From a virus, in the IMG/VR virus record IMGVR_UViG_2939786809_000002, positions 3,141 to 67,140 of that record: a DNA stretch of 64,000 nucleotides; one strand, written 5' to 3'. Shown here piece by piece: positions 43,973 to 54,471 of this stretch. Position numbers and translations under genes: made by a program. How positions within the stretch are numbered: the first letter of the stretch is position 1; each line of letters opens with the position of its first letter. The notes beneath the pieces are model-generated. The model was not told the DNA's origin. It saw only the letters and a list, made by a program, of their open reading frames with translations, and ran no database searches.

Positions 43973-44295
43973 ACGACATTCGTGTCGACCTTGATGAGGA
44001 CGCCATCGCCGGACTGGTCCTGCACCCCGATGTGCAGAACGACTTTCGGGGTCGCATGAAGAAGGTCGAGGAGGTCGCGATCGCGACAGCCCCGGTCTAT
44101 TCGGGCGAGTTCCAGGAGTCGATCCACCTCGTCGACCACCCCGACGCAGACGGCACTTGGCACGTCGATGCGGACGCCCCGCACTCGTACTTCGTGGAGC
44201 ACGGGACCCGACAGACGGACCGCAACGGCCATTCGATCCACCCGCCCCGCTACACGATGTCCCACGCTCTCGACGCCGCAGGAGGCGACCACTGA
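43969..44295 (+). CDS. HK97 gp10-like neck protein
   Basis: APVYSGEFQESI...YFVEHGT. Confidence 0.75.
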   Translation: MNDIRVDLDEDAIAGLVLHPDVQNDFRGRMKKVEEVAIATAPVYSGEFQESIHLVDHPDADGTWHVDADAPHSYFVEHGTRQTDRNGHSIHPPRYTMSHALDAAGGDH

Positions 44296-44507
44296 TGTCC
44301 AACGACACCGTGAAGATGAAGCTCACGTTCCCCCGGGGCAAGCAGATGCCCGGCGAGACCGTCGAGGTGGCGGCCGACGAGGTCCACCGCTGGAAGGGCT
44401 ACGCCGAGCTGGTCGAGGACACTCCGAAGGCCGACGAGGCCGCCAAGACGGCAGGCGACAAGAACCCGACCACGGGCAGCGTGCCGCAGAAGGCCGCAGG
44501 CAAGTAG
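44295..44507 (+). CDS. small virion-associated protein
   Basis: TGATG-coupled; PGETVEV motif. Confidence 0.65.
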   Translation: MSNDTVKMKLTFPRGKQMPGETVEVAADEVHRWKGYAELVEDTPKADEAAKTAGDKNPTTGSVPQKAAGK

Positions 44508-44509
44508 CC

Positions 44510-44941
44510 ATGGCCGAGCTGCTGGTCCTCCCTGACGGCAAGAAGGTCGCCATCGACCTTCTGAGCCTCGCCATGCCCGACGCCTATGTGACGTCGAAGC
44601 TCCCCGAGGGTAAGGCGCTGAACGCCAAGCTCCCGGCGGTCAGGGTCCTGAGGGTCGGCGGCACCAGCACCATGCGCGGCTGGTCCGACCCGGCCACCAC
44701 CGACCGGCCCCGCTTCTCGATCGACTGCTACGCCGCTGACGAGGGCGCGGCCATGGGCCTCGCGCGGCGGGTCTGCGCCGAGTGGGAGCTGCTCCCGAAC
44801 CAGTCCACGGAGGACGGCATCGTCTCGGGGATCTCGCAGGAGACCGGCCCGCAAGACCGACCAGAAGAGCCCAACACCGGCATCGCACGCGTCGGCATGA
44901 TCCTGGGGATGAGCGTCCGCCCACCCCTCCCGAGCAGCTAG
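44510..44941 (+). CDS. tail terminator protein
   Basis: VRVLRVGG...PRFSIDCYA; precedes the major tail gene. Confidence 0.75.
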   Translation: MAELLVLPDGKKVAIDLLSLAMPDAYVTSKLPEGKALNAKLPAVRVLRVGGTSTMRGWSDPATTDRPRFSIDCYAADEGAAMGLARRVCAEWELLPNQSTEDGIVSGISQETGPQDRPEEPNTGIARVGMILGMSVRPPLPSS

Positions 44942-44951
44942 GAGGCCCGTC

Positions 44952-45539
44952 GTGGGCGACTCAACCAACATCATCGTGGGCACGGCGGGCAAGGCATACG
45001 CCGCCGCCGTCGGCACCACCTTCCCCGTCGGACCGGAGGTCGCCTGGCCTGCCGGTTTCGCCGACATGGGGTTCATCACCCCGGACGGTCTCGAAGAGGC
45101 TCTGGCGGAGGAGCGCACCCAGCTCGACGCGTGGGGTGAGGACGCACCCGTCGTCGACCTCGCGAAGAAGCGAAACCAGACGTTCAAGCTCGTTTTCCGG
45201 GAGACGACCGCACAGCTGCTGGCCCTGTACTACCAGGTGCAGATGGACAACATGACCAGCACCGCTTCGGCGGTCGGCCCCCCGGCGACGAAGCAGTTCC
45301 TGTCCTTCGGCTCCGGATCCACCCAGGACACGGTGGAGATCGCCCTGGGCCTGGATGTCATTTACGGCGGCAAGCGCCACCGCATCATGGTCGCCCGCTG
45401 CGGCGTGTCCGACCGCGGCGCCCGCAAGCACTCGGCCGACGACAGCTCGAACTACGAGTTGACGTTCACCGCCTTGTCCGCCCCGGGTGGCGCCCAGTCC
45501 GTCCAGCACATGATCACCGAGGTCACCCTTCCTGCCTGA
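44952..45539 (+). CDS. major tail protein
   Basis: GFITPDGL...LDAWG...FRET...YELTFTAL. Confidence 0.85.
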   Translation: MGDSTNIIVGTAGKAYAAAVGTTFPVGPEVAWPAGFADMGFITPDGLEEALAEERTQLDAWGEDAPVVDLAKKRNQTFKLVFRETTAQLLALYYQVQMDNMTSTASAVGPPATKQFLSFGSGSTQDTVEIALGLDVIYGGKRHRIMVARCGVSDRGARKHSADDSSNYELTFTALSAPGGAQSVQHMITEVTLPA

Positions 45540-45640
45540 CCCACGACTGGTGATCCGCTGCGCCCATCTCCCGGGCGGGGGCGGCACAGCGGATCACCTG
45601 CAAGCCCCCGCCCCGCCCCTGCCCGCGAAGGAACCACACC

Positions 45641-46069
45641 ATGTCGAAGCCGAACCGCAAGGTCATCCGCCTCCAGGAGATGCGCGCCCAGATCGCGCAG
45701 AAGGCCGGGGTCAAGCACGTCGACCTCGTCTTCGAGGTCCCCAGCGACACCGAGGGCGAGGTCAGTGAGCACACCTGCTCGTTCCTCACCCAGGACTACT
45801 GGCCCCTCGCCGTCGTCAAGGCCGTCGAAGCGGAAGGTGACAGCAACAACCTCGGCGTCCTCCGGAAGATCGCAACCCCGCCCGAGGCGTTCGACCAGCT
45901 CATCGAGACCGCCCAGCTTACCGTCGGTGAACTCACCGAACTTCTCAAGGACATCAGCGGGGAGGCGGGCACCGACACGGGGGAAGGCTCCGGCTCCTCC
46001 AGCTCCTCGAAGAGCACTCCGGAGCCCTCCGCGCCGACCTCATCCGCTACTACCCCGGTCGCCGCCTAG
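45641..46069 (+). CDS. tail assembly chaperone (G-like)
   Basis: Between the major tail and tape measure genes; slippery site near the 3' end. Confidence 0.8.
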   Translation: MSKPNRKVIRLQEMRAQIAQKAGVKHVDLVFEVPSDTEGEVSEHTCSFLTQDYWPLAVVKAVEAEGDSNNLGVLRKIATPPEAFDQLIETAQLTVGELTELLKDISGEAGTDTGEGSGSSSSSKSTPEPSAPTSSATTPVAA

Positions 46070-46473
46070 ACGAGTTCTGGGCCATGTCCTGGGGCGAGGG
46101 GTCAATGAATTGGGCTGAACTCCGGGACCTGGTCGAGCACCTACCGGAGGACTCCGCGACGAAGGCGGCGGTGGGTGGGGACGTGGACGGGCGGCGGTGG
46201 ACACAGGGCACCTACATCCAGGCCGCCCAGTACAACGCCCTCCTCCTCATGATCCGCGTCCTCTGGGCCGCCCACCTCAAGGGCGAACCACCGGACATGC
46301 CGCCCGTCGAATCACCCGCCACGGAGGTCGACGAACAGCAAGCCGAACTCGAAGCCGCCGGTGCGGCGTACAGCGAGGCGCTCCTCAACCAGTTCTCACC
46401 CGGCACCACGGTCAACCAGGCGGAAGTTGACCACTGGGCCGACAAGCTCCGCGAACTCGAAGCAGCACGGTAG
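45641..46473 (+). CDS. tail assembly chaperone frameshift product (G-T-like)
   Basis: -1 frame continuous from 45982 to the stop at 46473. Confidence 0.8.
45979..45985 (+). other. -1 programmed ribosomal frameshift site GGGGGAA
   Basis: ACG GGG GAA; the -1 frame reads GRLRLLQLLEEHSGALRADLIRYY... without a stop into ORF 46084-46473. Confidence 0.85.
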
Positions 46474-46487
46474 GAAGGGAGGGCAGC

Positions 46488-49400
46488 ATGGCCGAGCCGA
46501 CACTCGTCGGATCCACCCGGGTGAGTCTCATCCCGGACACATCCAGCTTCGGCGACCGGCTCCGCATTGAGCTGCCCTCCGCTATCCGCCAGCCCGCCAA
46601 GCTCGCCGGCGAAGTCGCCGGGGATCAGATCCTCGACGGAATCCGGCGGAAGCTTGCCGCCGCCACGCCCACCGTGCGGGTCGGCGTCGACCTCCTGACA
46701 ACGGTGGCCGAGGCCAAGCTCACCAAACTCACCAAGGCCCGCACGATCAAGCTCACGGCAGAGCTCGACGACAAGGCTGCCACCACCGCACTGACCCGCC
46801 TTACGCGCGACCGCACCGTCAAGGTGCGGGCCGAACTTGATGACACCGCCGCCAGGACAGGGCTCGGCAGGCTCACGGACCAACGCACCGTCAAGGTCAC
46901 TGCCCAGCTGGAGGACACTGCAGCGAAGGCGGCGCTCGGGAAGCTGAACGCCGACCGCACCGTCAAGATCACAGCCCAGGTCGACGACACCGCCGCCAAA
47001 GCGCGCCTCGCCGGTTTCGGGCAGACCACCGTTGACATCGTCGCGAAGATCCAAGACGCAGCGTACAAGCGCGTCGAGAAGGCCCTCGCCAAGCTCACCG
47101 CTGACCGCTTCGTTCAAATCAGGGCCACGCTCGACACCCGCGTCGCCGCCAACGAGCTGCGCGGCCTCACCCAGCGGCAGCGCGTTCGCATCGGTGTCGA
47201 CGTCGACACCCGCGTTGCCGCCGACGACATCAACAACCTCACCCGCAGACGCACCGTTCGCGTCGCCGCCCAAGCCGACACCGCAGCGGCGAACACTGCA
47301 CTCAACCACGTCGCACGAGACCGCACCGTCAACATCCGCACCCGCCTATTCGGGCTCGCCGGAATCACCTCCGCACTCGGCAGCTTCGGCGGTAGCGGCG
47401 GCAGCGCATCCGCCCAGGCCGGGATCCTCTCCGGCCGAATAGCGAAAATTGCTGCCGCCGCACTCCTGGCCACACCGCAGCTGTCGGCGATGGGGTCGGC
47501 CATCGGGCAGCTCGGCCCGCTCGCCGCCGTCGCAGCACCCGGCATCCTTACCCTCGTCTCCGCGTTCGCCGCGATCAAGCTCGGCACCTCAGGGGTTGGC
47601 GACGCCATCAAGGCCGCCTTCACCCCGGCGCCCGCTGAGGCGAAGGCGGCGGTGACCGCCGCGCGGCAGGTGGAGTCGGCGCAACGGTCCCTCGCCAACG
47701 CCCAGCGCGGCGTGGCCGATGCGGAACGAAACTTGTCCCAGGCCCAGCGGGCCGCACGCCAGGCGCAGCAGGAGCTGTCTGTTGCCCGACGGCAGGCCAT
47801 TCGCGACCTGGAGGACATGAACCAGCGCCTCCGCCAGGGCGCGCTGGATCAGAAGCAGGCTGCCCTCGACATCGAGCAGGCCGAACTCGACCTGGCCAAG
47901 ACCCGCTCCGACCCGACCGCCACCCAACTTCAGATTCAGCAGGCCGACCTTGCCGTACAGCGGGCGCGTGCCGCGGCCGAGGAGCAGAAGCGGCAGCACA
48001 AGCGCCAGCAGGTCGACACGGCCGCCGCGAACAAGGCGGGGGTCGCCGGCTCTGACGCGGTTGTGCAGGCGCAGGAACGAATTCGGGCGGCAAGCGAGCA
48101 GGTTGCCGACCAGGAACGCGGTCTTGCCGACGCCCACCGGGCGGTCGCTGACGCGGCCCGTGCCGTGGCGGACGCCCAGACGAGCGCTGCCACGCAGACC
48201 ACGAAGCTCAACGACGCCATCAGTAAGCTGTCGCCGAACGCCCGCGGCTTCATCGGCATCCTCCAGGAGATGGCGCCCGCCTGGCGGGCCATGAAACTCG
48301 ACGTCCAGGACAGCTTGTTCGCCGGGCTCGGCACCCGCCTCCGGGAGGTCGGCGGACGGATCCTGCCTACCGTTCGGGCTGGCCTCGTGGGCGCTGCGGG
48401 CGAGCTCGGCAACATGGCGAAGAACGCCCTCACCGCGGTCGGGAACCTCGAAAAGTCCGGGCAGCTCAAGGGCACCTTCGACGTCATCCGCAACGGCCTC
48501 GGCAACCTCAACAAGATCCCCGGCCAAGTCCTCACCGGACTGTCTCAGCTCACCATCGCCGCCGGCCCCGCCTGGGACCGGATTACTGGCGGTGCGGGCG
48601 AGGCCATGGACCGGGTCATGGGCAAGCTGGCCAAGGGTTTGGAGAACGGGCGCCTCGAAGAAGCGATCAACACCGCCCTCGATGTCGCCGTGTCCTTCGG
48701 CGGGGTCCTCGCGGACCTCGGCGGCATCATCAAAAACGTTTTCGGGGCGGCAGCCGAAGGGGGCGGCGACTTCTTCGCCGTCGTCGGCGAGGCGCTGAAG
48801 GAGATCCGCAGGGTGACCGCCCTGCCGGAAGTGCAGGAGTCCCTGAAGGCGATCTTCTCCGCTGTTCAGGCTGTCGCCAGCCTCATCGCCGGGGCGCTGG
48901 GTTCTGCGCTCCAGGCGGTTCTGCCGATCCTTGCCGCCCTGGCGCCGTCAGTGATCCAGATTTCGAAGCTCCTCGGGCCTGCCATCCGTGAGCTGATGGA
49001 GTCGCTCGGTGGGGCGTTGCTCCCCATTGCTCAGGCGCTCGGCCCGGTGCTGGTGGTGGCGGCGCAGGCCATCATCGCGTTGGTCAAGGCCGTGTCACCC
49101 CTGCTGCCGGTCCTTGGGAAGCTCATCGCCGATCTTCTGCCGCTGGTCGTTCCGATCTTCGACATGCTGATCAGTGTTTTCAACGACCTCGTACCCGTCG
49201 TCACGAAGATTGCGGGCATGCTCGGGCCGATCCTGTCCCCGATCATCGAAGGACTGTCCGCGGTCATCGCCGAGCTGGCCGGCCAGTACGCGGCGGCGTT
49301 CATGCGAGTGCTGCAGGCGCTCCTGCCGATCATCCCGATGCTCGTGCCGCCGCTCATGCAGCTCGGGAAGAGCATCGGCGACATCCTCCTCGCCCTGGCG

Positions 49401-52352
49401 CCGCTTCTCCCTCAGTTGGCGCTGCTGGGGACTGAGTTTCTGATCCAGTTGCTGCCTGCGATCCTGCCGTTGTTGCCGCCGCTGATTCAGTTCTCGATGC
49501 TCATGACGCAGCTGGCCACGGCGGTCATCCTGAAGATCGTCATTCCGGCGATGAAGATGTTCATCAAGTCGATGACGGACCTCCGCAAGGACATCCAGCC
49601 CGGTGTCGACGCGGTGAAGTGGCTCACCGACAAGATCGCCAAGGCCTTCGAGTGGCTATACGACTTCCTTCTTGGCCACTCCGTCATCCCCGACATTGTG
49701 AACGGTGCGATCCGCTGGTTCACCAGCCTCCGCGACCGCGCCCTCCTGATCTTCAACTGGATCAAGGAAAAGGTCTCCGGGGCCTGGAGCAGCCTCTGGA
49801 CGAACATCAAGACCACCGCCACAGGCGCCTGGGGCTCCGTCCGCCGCGGCTTCGACACCTTCGCCGAGAAGCTGTCCGGCGCGTTCGAGACCCTCAAGAA
49901 GGGCCTCGGGAAAATCTGGGCCGGGCTCAAGGATCTCGTCAAGGCCCCCGTGAAGTTCTGGATTGAGACGGTCTACAACCAAGGCATCCGAAAAGTCTGG
50001 AATGCCACGGCTGCGAAGATCCCGGGCGTCGACGACATGAAGTCGATGCCGCTCCCCAAGGGTTTCGCCCGGGGCGGGATCCTCCCCGGCCAGTCCTCGT
50101 GGCGGCAGGGCGACGACCAGCTCGTCCCCATGCGCCGCGGTGAAGGCGTCTACGTCTCCGAGGCCATGCAGGACCCGTATGAGCGGGCCCGGCTCCACGC
50201 CGTCAACCAGGCAGCCATGCAGGGACGCAGCCTCCGCCGGTTCCGCGGCTTCGCCGAGGGCGGCATCTTCGACGGCATCACCAACGCCGTCGGCAGCGTC
50301 CTCTCCAAGGGCGCCGACGTCGCCCGCGGCGGCCTCGCCGACCTGGCCGAGTCGGCTTTCTCCCCAGTGAAGAAGGGCATCACCAAGGCCCTCGGGAAGA
50401 ACAAGGGCACCTGGCCCGGCCTCGTGGCCCAGGCCCCGATCGGGCTCATCAACAAGGCCATCGACTACATCCGCGGCAAGGACATCGTCGAAGGCACCGG
50501 GCAGTGGCTCAAGCCCGTCTCCGCCCCCTACGGCACCCCGTTCGGGAAGGCCGGGCTGATGTGGTCGTCCGGCAGGCACACCGGTCTGGACTTCCCGGCG
50601 AAGGGCGGCACGCCGATCCGGGCCGTTGACTCCGGCATCGTCCGGCAGGCCGTCGATTCGGGGCCCTACGGCAAGCACATCGAGATCAACCACGGATCCG
50701 GCCTGTCATCCCTGTACGCCCACATGTCCGCCATGCTCGCCAAAGCGTCCGACACGGTGAAGCGCGGCCAGCAGATCGGCCGCGTTGGCGCCACCGGCAA
50801 CACCACCGGCCCCCACCTCCACCTCGAAGCCCGCATCAACGGCAAGACCGTCGACCCCATGCGCTACCTCGAAGGCGGCACCGGGGGAGAAGCCGGGGCC
50901 GGAGTCGAACGGTTCCGCGGCGTGGTGACTCAGGCACTGGGGCAGGTCGGCCAGTCCTTGTCCTTGGTGAACACCACGCTCCGCCGAATGAACCAGGAGA
51001 GCGGCGGCAACCCCCGCGCGGTCAACCGCAACGACATCAACTGGATCAACGGAACGCCCAGCGTCGGGTTGATGCAGGTCATCGAGCCCACGTTCAACGC
51101 CCACGCCGGGAAGTACCGCAAGACCGGGCCCAAGCTGTACGGCGTGTCCGTCGACCCGATGGCGAACATCTACGCCTCCATGCGGTACGCCCTCAGTCGG
51201 TACGGATCCCTGTCGGCGGCGTACAACCGGATCGGCGGGTACGCCCAAGGCGGCATCGTCGGCGGCGGAGTGCAGATCTACACCGGCTTCCGGCGCGGCG
51301 CCGGCTACGCCACCGGTGGCATCATCCGGGTCGGCGGGAAGAACATCGACACCGGACCCATTGCAGCGTCGGTCGGCGCGAACTTCCTGAAGGCGTTGGC
51401 CGGAACAGCGTCCGCGATCGACAAGGCCATGACGACCGTGGCCACCGCGGTGAAGAACGCCTTCAAGGGCGTGAAGACGACCCTCGACGACAGGCTGATC
51501 AAGAACCTCAACGCCCAGAACAAGACCCTGCAAGCCTTGGCCGTCAAGCGCGATGCCCTCACCGCGAAGATCGCACAGGCCAAGGCGTTCGCCACCGAAA
51601 CCACCACAGCGGCGGGCAGCTTCGCCTCCCTCACAGGCCTCCCGAACTCCGGTCTTCCGTTCGGTGCGGACGGCATCCTCAACGGCCTCAAGGTCCGCCT
51701 CGGGCAGCTCCAGGCGTTCTCCTCCAACCTGGCCGTCCTCGGGAAGAGGGGTCTGTCGAAGGAGTTCCTCGGCCAGCTCATCGCCGCTGGCCCCGACCAG
51801 GGCGCGCCCTACGCGGCAGCACTGGTGAAGGCCACGGACGCACAGCTGAAGTCCATCAACGCGACTCAGGTGCAGATCGGGAAGGCGGCCACCGCCTACG
51901 GACAGTCCGCGGCCGACGTCATGTATGACGCCGGTGCCATGTCCGGCAAGGGGTTCCTGACCGGCCTGGTCGCCCAAGAGAAGTCGATCATCAAGGCTCT
52001 GGCTGACTTGGCGAAGAAGATCCAGAAGACCCTGCGGGTCGAGCTGAAAATTTTCAGCCCGTCCAAGGTCGCCGACCAGCTGGGCCGCTTCTTCGGCGGC
52101 GGCTTCGAAGGCGGCATCCGGGCCAGCATCCCCGGCGCAGCCGACGCAGCTGCAGCCATGGCCCGCACCGTTCGCTCGTCTGCGGCGGCCACCATGTCAC
52201 GCACCGAAACCCGCACCGTCAACAACACCAGCGGAGACCGGGTCCTCAACTACAACGCCCGCGTCACCGAGGTCGCCTCGAAGCGAAGCATCCTCGACGC
52301 CCTCGCCGCTGACGAAATGCTCCACGCCCCCGTCATGAGCGGAGCCGGCTGA
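46488..52352 (+). CDS. tape measure protein with M23 peptidase and SLT transglycosylase domains
   Basis: 1954 aa; HTGLDF...YAHMS...GPHLHLE (M23); QESGGNP...GLMQVI (SLT); N-terminal ~22-aa repeats. Confidence 0.93.
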   Translation: MAEPTLVGSTRVSLIPDTSSFGDRLRIELPSAIRQPAKLAGEVAGDQILDGIRRKLAAATPTVRVGVDLLTTVAEAKLTKLTKARTIKLTAELDDKAATTALTRLTRDRTVKVRAELDDTAARTGLGRLTDQRTVKVTAQLEDTAAKAALGKLNADRTVKITAQVDDTAAKARLAGFGQTTVDIVAKIQDAAYKRVEKALAKLTADRFVQIRATLDTRVAANELRGLTQRQRVRIGVDVDTRVAADDINNLTRRRTVRVAAQADTAAANTALNHVARDRTVNIRTRLFGLAGITSALGSFGGSGGSASAQAGILSGRIAKIAAAALLATPQLSAMGSAIGQLGPLAAVAAPGILTLVSAFAAIKLGTSGVGDAIKAAFTPAPAEAKAAVTAARQVESAQRSLANAQRGVADAERNLSQAQRAARQAQQELSVARRQAIRDLEDMNQRLRQGALDQKQAALDIEQAELDLAKTRSDPTATQLQIQQADLAVQRARAAAEEQKRQHKRQQVDTAAANKAGVAGSDAVVQAQERIRAASEQVADQERGLADAHRAVADAARAVADAQTSAATQTTKLNDAISKLSPNARGFIGILQEMAPAWRAMKLDVQDSLFAGLGTRLREVGGRILPTVRAGLVGAAGELGNMAKNALTAVGNLEKSGQLKGTFDVIRNGLGNLNKIPGQVLTGLSQLTIAAGPAWDRITGGAGEAMDRVMGKLAKGLENGRLEEAINTALDVAVSFGGVLADLGGIIKNVFGAAAEGGGDFFAVVGEALKEIRRVTALPEVQESLKAIFSAVQAVASLIAGALGSALQAVLPILAALAPSVIQISKLLGPAIRELMESLGGALLPIAQALGPVLVVAAQAIIALVKAVSPLLPVLGKLIADLLPLVVPIFDMLISVFNDLVPVVTKIAGMLGPILSPIIEGLSAVIAELAGQYAAAFMRVLQALLPIIPMLVPPLMQLGKSIGDILLALAPLLPQLALLGTEFLIQLLPAILPLLPPLIQFSMLMTQLATAVILKIVIPAMKMFIKSMTDLRKDIQPGVDAVKWLTDKIAKAFEWLYDFLLGHSVIPDIVNGAIRWFTSLRDRALLIFNWIKEKVSGAWSSLWTNIKTTATGAWGSVRRGFDTFAEKLSGAFETLKKGLGKIWAGLKDLVKAPVKFWIETVYNQGIRKVWNATAAKIPGVDDMKSMPLPKGFARGGILPGQSSWRQGDDQLVPMRRGEGVYVSEAMQDPYERARLHAVNQAAMQGRSLRRFRGFAEGGIFDGITNAVGSVLSKGADVARGGLADLAESAFSPVKKGITKALGKNKGTWPGLVAQAPIGLINKAIDYIRGKDIVEGTGQWLKPVSAPYGTPFGKAGLMWSSGRHTGLDFPAKGGTPIRAVDSGIVRQAVDSGPYGKHIEINHGSGLSSLYAHMSAMLAKASDTVKRGQQIGRVGATGNTTGPHLHLEARINGKTVDPMRYLEGGTGGEAGAGVERFRGVVTQALGQVGQSLSLVNTTLRRMNQESGGNPRAVNRNDINWINGTPSVGLMQVIEPTFNAHAGKYRKTGPKLYGVSVDPMANIYASMRYALSRYGSLSAAYNRIGGYAQGGIVGGGVQIYTGFRRGAGYATGGIIRVGGKNIDTGPIAASVGANFLKALAGTASAIDKAMTTVATAVKNAFKGVKTTLDDRLIKNLNAQNKTLQALAVKRDALTAKIAQAKAFATETTTAAGSFASLTGLPNSGLPFGADGILNGLKVRLGQLQAFSSNLAVLGKRGLSKEFLGQLIAAGPDQGAPYAAALVKATDAQLKSINATQVQIGKAATAYGQSAADVMYDAGAMSGKGFLTGLVAQEKSIIKALADLAKKIQKTLRVELKIFSPSKVADQLGRFFGGGFEGGIRASIPGAADAAAAMARTVRSSAAATMSRTETRTVNNTSGDRVLNYNARVTEVASKRSILDALAADEMLHAPVMSGAG

Positions 52353-53287
52353 TGCCGATCCTCGTAGCCTCAGCCCCAGTAGAGCCGCAGCCGCCGTGGG
52401 AGTGGCCGCAGCGCCTTGTCGAAATGCCCCTGGTCTCCTTTACCGACCCGGGTGGCGTGACGACGCTCCTCACCGACTGGGAGCGCGGCTGGGCAGTCCA
52501 GCCCGGCGCCAAGGGCCTGGACATGCCCGGGTACGCCATGGCGACCGACGAGTCACCGGGCATCGACGGGTACGAGGTGCGGCAGGTTCGCGCCGGAGGA
52601 AAGACGATCACTCTCCCGATCGCGTTCTGGGCCAACGACAGCCGGGTCGCCTACAAAGCCCGCCGTCGGGCGTTCATCCGCTCCCTCAACCCCAAGCGCG
52701 GGCAAGGCACGCTCACCCTCACCGAACCCGACGGGGTGCAGCGCAGCATCGGCGTCCTCTACCAGGACGGGATGGAAGGCGACGAATCCCGCGACGCCGC
52801 CGGCGCCCGCTGGTGCATCAGCGCCCTGGTGTTCGCTGTCCCGTCCCCGTACTGGTCCGGGGGAGAGGTGACCACCACCTGGAGGACGGACCCGGGCGGG
52901 GATTTCTTCCCGTTCCTTCCGCTCGTCGTCGGCGACTCCCAGGTGCTCGGTGCGGTCACCGTCGACAACGACGGCGACGACGACGCCTTCCCCGTATGGA
53001 CCATCACCGGCCCGGCCACCACCGTCACCCTCACCAACGTCACCACTGGGCAGACCTTGGTCCTGACCCGCACGATCACTGGCGCGGACGAGATCGTCAT
53101 CGACACCCGGGAACGGCAGCAGACCGCCCTGCTCAACGGGATCACCAACCTGTGGCCGGACCTCTCCGACGACTCCGCCCTGTGGCCATTGGAGACCGGC
53201 ATCAACGAACTCACGTTGACCGTCGCCGGATCCACAGCCGACACGTCGGTCCGCATGACGTACCAGCCCCGCTACCTGGCCGCCTGA
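52352..53287 (+). CDS. distal tail (Dit-like) protein
   Basis: Directly after the TMP gene; TITGPAT...LWPL..G.N. Confidence 0.8.
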   Translation: MPILVASAPVEPQPPWEWPQRLVEMPLVSFTDPGGVTTLLTDWERGWAVQPGAKGLDMPGYAMATDESPGIDGYEVRQVRAGGKTITLPIAFWANDSRVAYKARRRAFIRSLNPKRGQGTLTLTEPDGVQRSIGVLYQDGMEGDESRDAAGARWCISALVFAVPSPYWSGGEVTTTWRTDPGGDFFPFLPLVVGDSQVLGAVTVDNDGDDDAFPVWTITGPATTVTLTNVTTGQTLVLTRTITGADEIVIDTRERQQTALLNGITNLWPDLSDDSALWPLETGINELTLTVAGSTADTSVRMTYQPRYLAA

Positions 53288-53300
53288 GAGGAGGACCCCT

Positions 53301-54470
53301 ATGAGCACCGCGCTTCGTGTCTACGTCCGCAATCCCGCCCTGGAGCGCATCGGGCAGATCGACGACTACACGAGCCTCACCGTCATCCCCCGCTACAACG
53401 CGATCGGGTCCTTCGTCCTGGAAATTTCCGCCGACTCAGGGAAGGCGAACCTGCTGGCCGAGGGTAACGGGCTGATCATCCGCACCGCTGACGGCACCCT
53501 TGTCGACTCCGGGCCGATTCGTACCGTCGACTGGTCCCGCTCCAAGGACGACTCCGGCGCCGGGAAGCTGACGGTCGGCGGGGTTTCCGACACCGAGGTG
53601 CTGGCCCGCTACACCTGCTGGCCCGCCCCGGGCAGCGCCATCGGGTCACAGGCGGACACGGTGTACAAGATCAGCGGCGCAGTCACCGAAACCGCAATGC
53701 GCACCCTCGTCAACGCCAATGCTGGACCCGGGGCGCTGGCGTCCCGGAAGAACCCGCTGCTCACCCTCGCCGCAAACGGCCTGCACGGTCCGACCATCAC
53801 CAGGCAGCTCAACCAGTTCGAAAGTCTCCTCGCCGTCCTCACCGACCTGGCCAACACGGCCGGCCTCGGTTTCCGTGTCGTCCAGGTGGGCTCAGGGCTG
53901 CAGTTCCAGGTGTACGAGCCCACCGACCGCAGCGGCACCGCCCGGTTCGCGTTCCGGCGGGGGAACCTCACCGACGCCAACTACACCACCACGCCACCCA
54001 CCTGCACCCGGGCCCTCGTCGTCGCCGGCGGGCAGTCCACGCCACGGGCGTGCAAAACCGTCGACCGGGCCGACCCTCTGTTCCCCGGGCTGATCATCGA
54101 GCAGTTCGTCGACCTCACCTCCGTCGATACCGCGTCCGTCGACCTGGTGGCACAGATGGACCAAGCCGCCGAAGAGGCCCTCACCACGGGGGCCGGACAG
54201 GGTTCCCTGTCGATCAGCCCGATCGACATTCCGCAGCTCCGCTATGGGCGGGACTACCAGGTCGGCGACACCGTCTCCGCGATGGTCCGCGAATCATGGA
54301 TGACCGACATCGTCCGCGAAGTGACTCTCACCTGCACCGCCAGCGAAGGCACGACGGTGAAGGCCGCCGTCGGATCGAGCGACGGCGACGGAACGGTTGC
54401 CCGCATCTACAAGTACCTCGCCCAGGTCAAGAAGGACGTTGGGCGCCTGAAGACAAGGAAGGCCGCCTGA
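53301..54470 (+). CDS. minor tail / baseplate hub protein (ReqiPepy6 Gp37-like)
   Basis: RYNAIGSFVLEI...YGRDYQVGDTV. Confidence 0.8.
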   Translation: MSTALRVYVRNPALERIGQIDDYTSLTVIPRYNAIGSFVLEISADSGKANLLAEGNGLIIRTADGTLVDSGPIRTVDWSRSKDDSGAGKLTVGGVSDTEVLARYTCWPAPGSAIGSQADTVYKISGAVTETAMRTLVNANAGPGALASRKNPLLTLAANGLHGPTITRQLNQFESLLAVLTDLANTAGLGFRVVQVGSGLQFQVYEPTDRSGTARFAFRRGNLTDANYTTTPPTCTRALVVAGGQSTPRACKTVDRADPLFPGLIIEQFVDLTSVDTASVDLVAQMDQAAEEALTTGAGQGSLSISPIDIPQLRYGRDYQVGDTVSAMVRESWMTDIVREVTLTCTASEGTTVKAAVGSSDGDGTVARIYKYLAQVKKDVGRLKTRKAA

Positions 54471-54471
54471 T

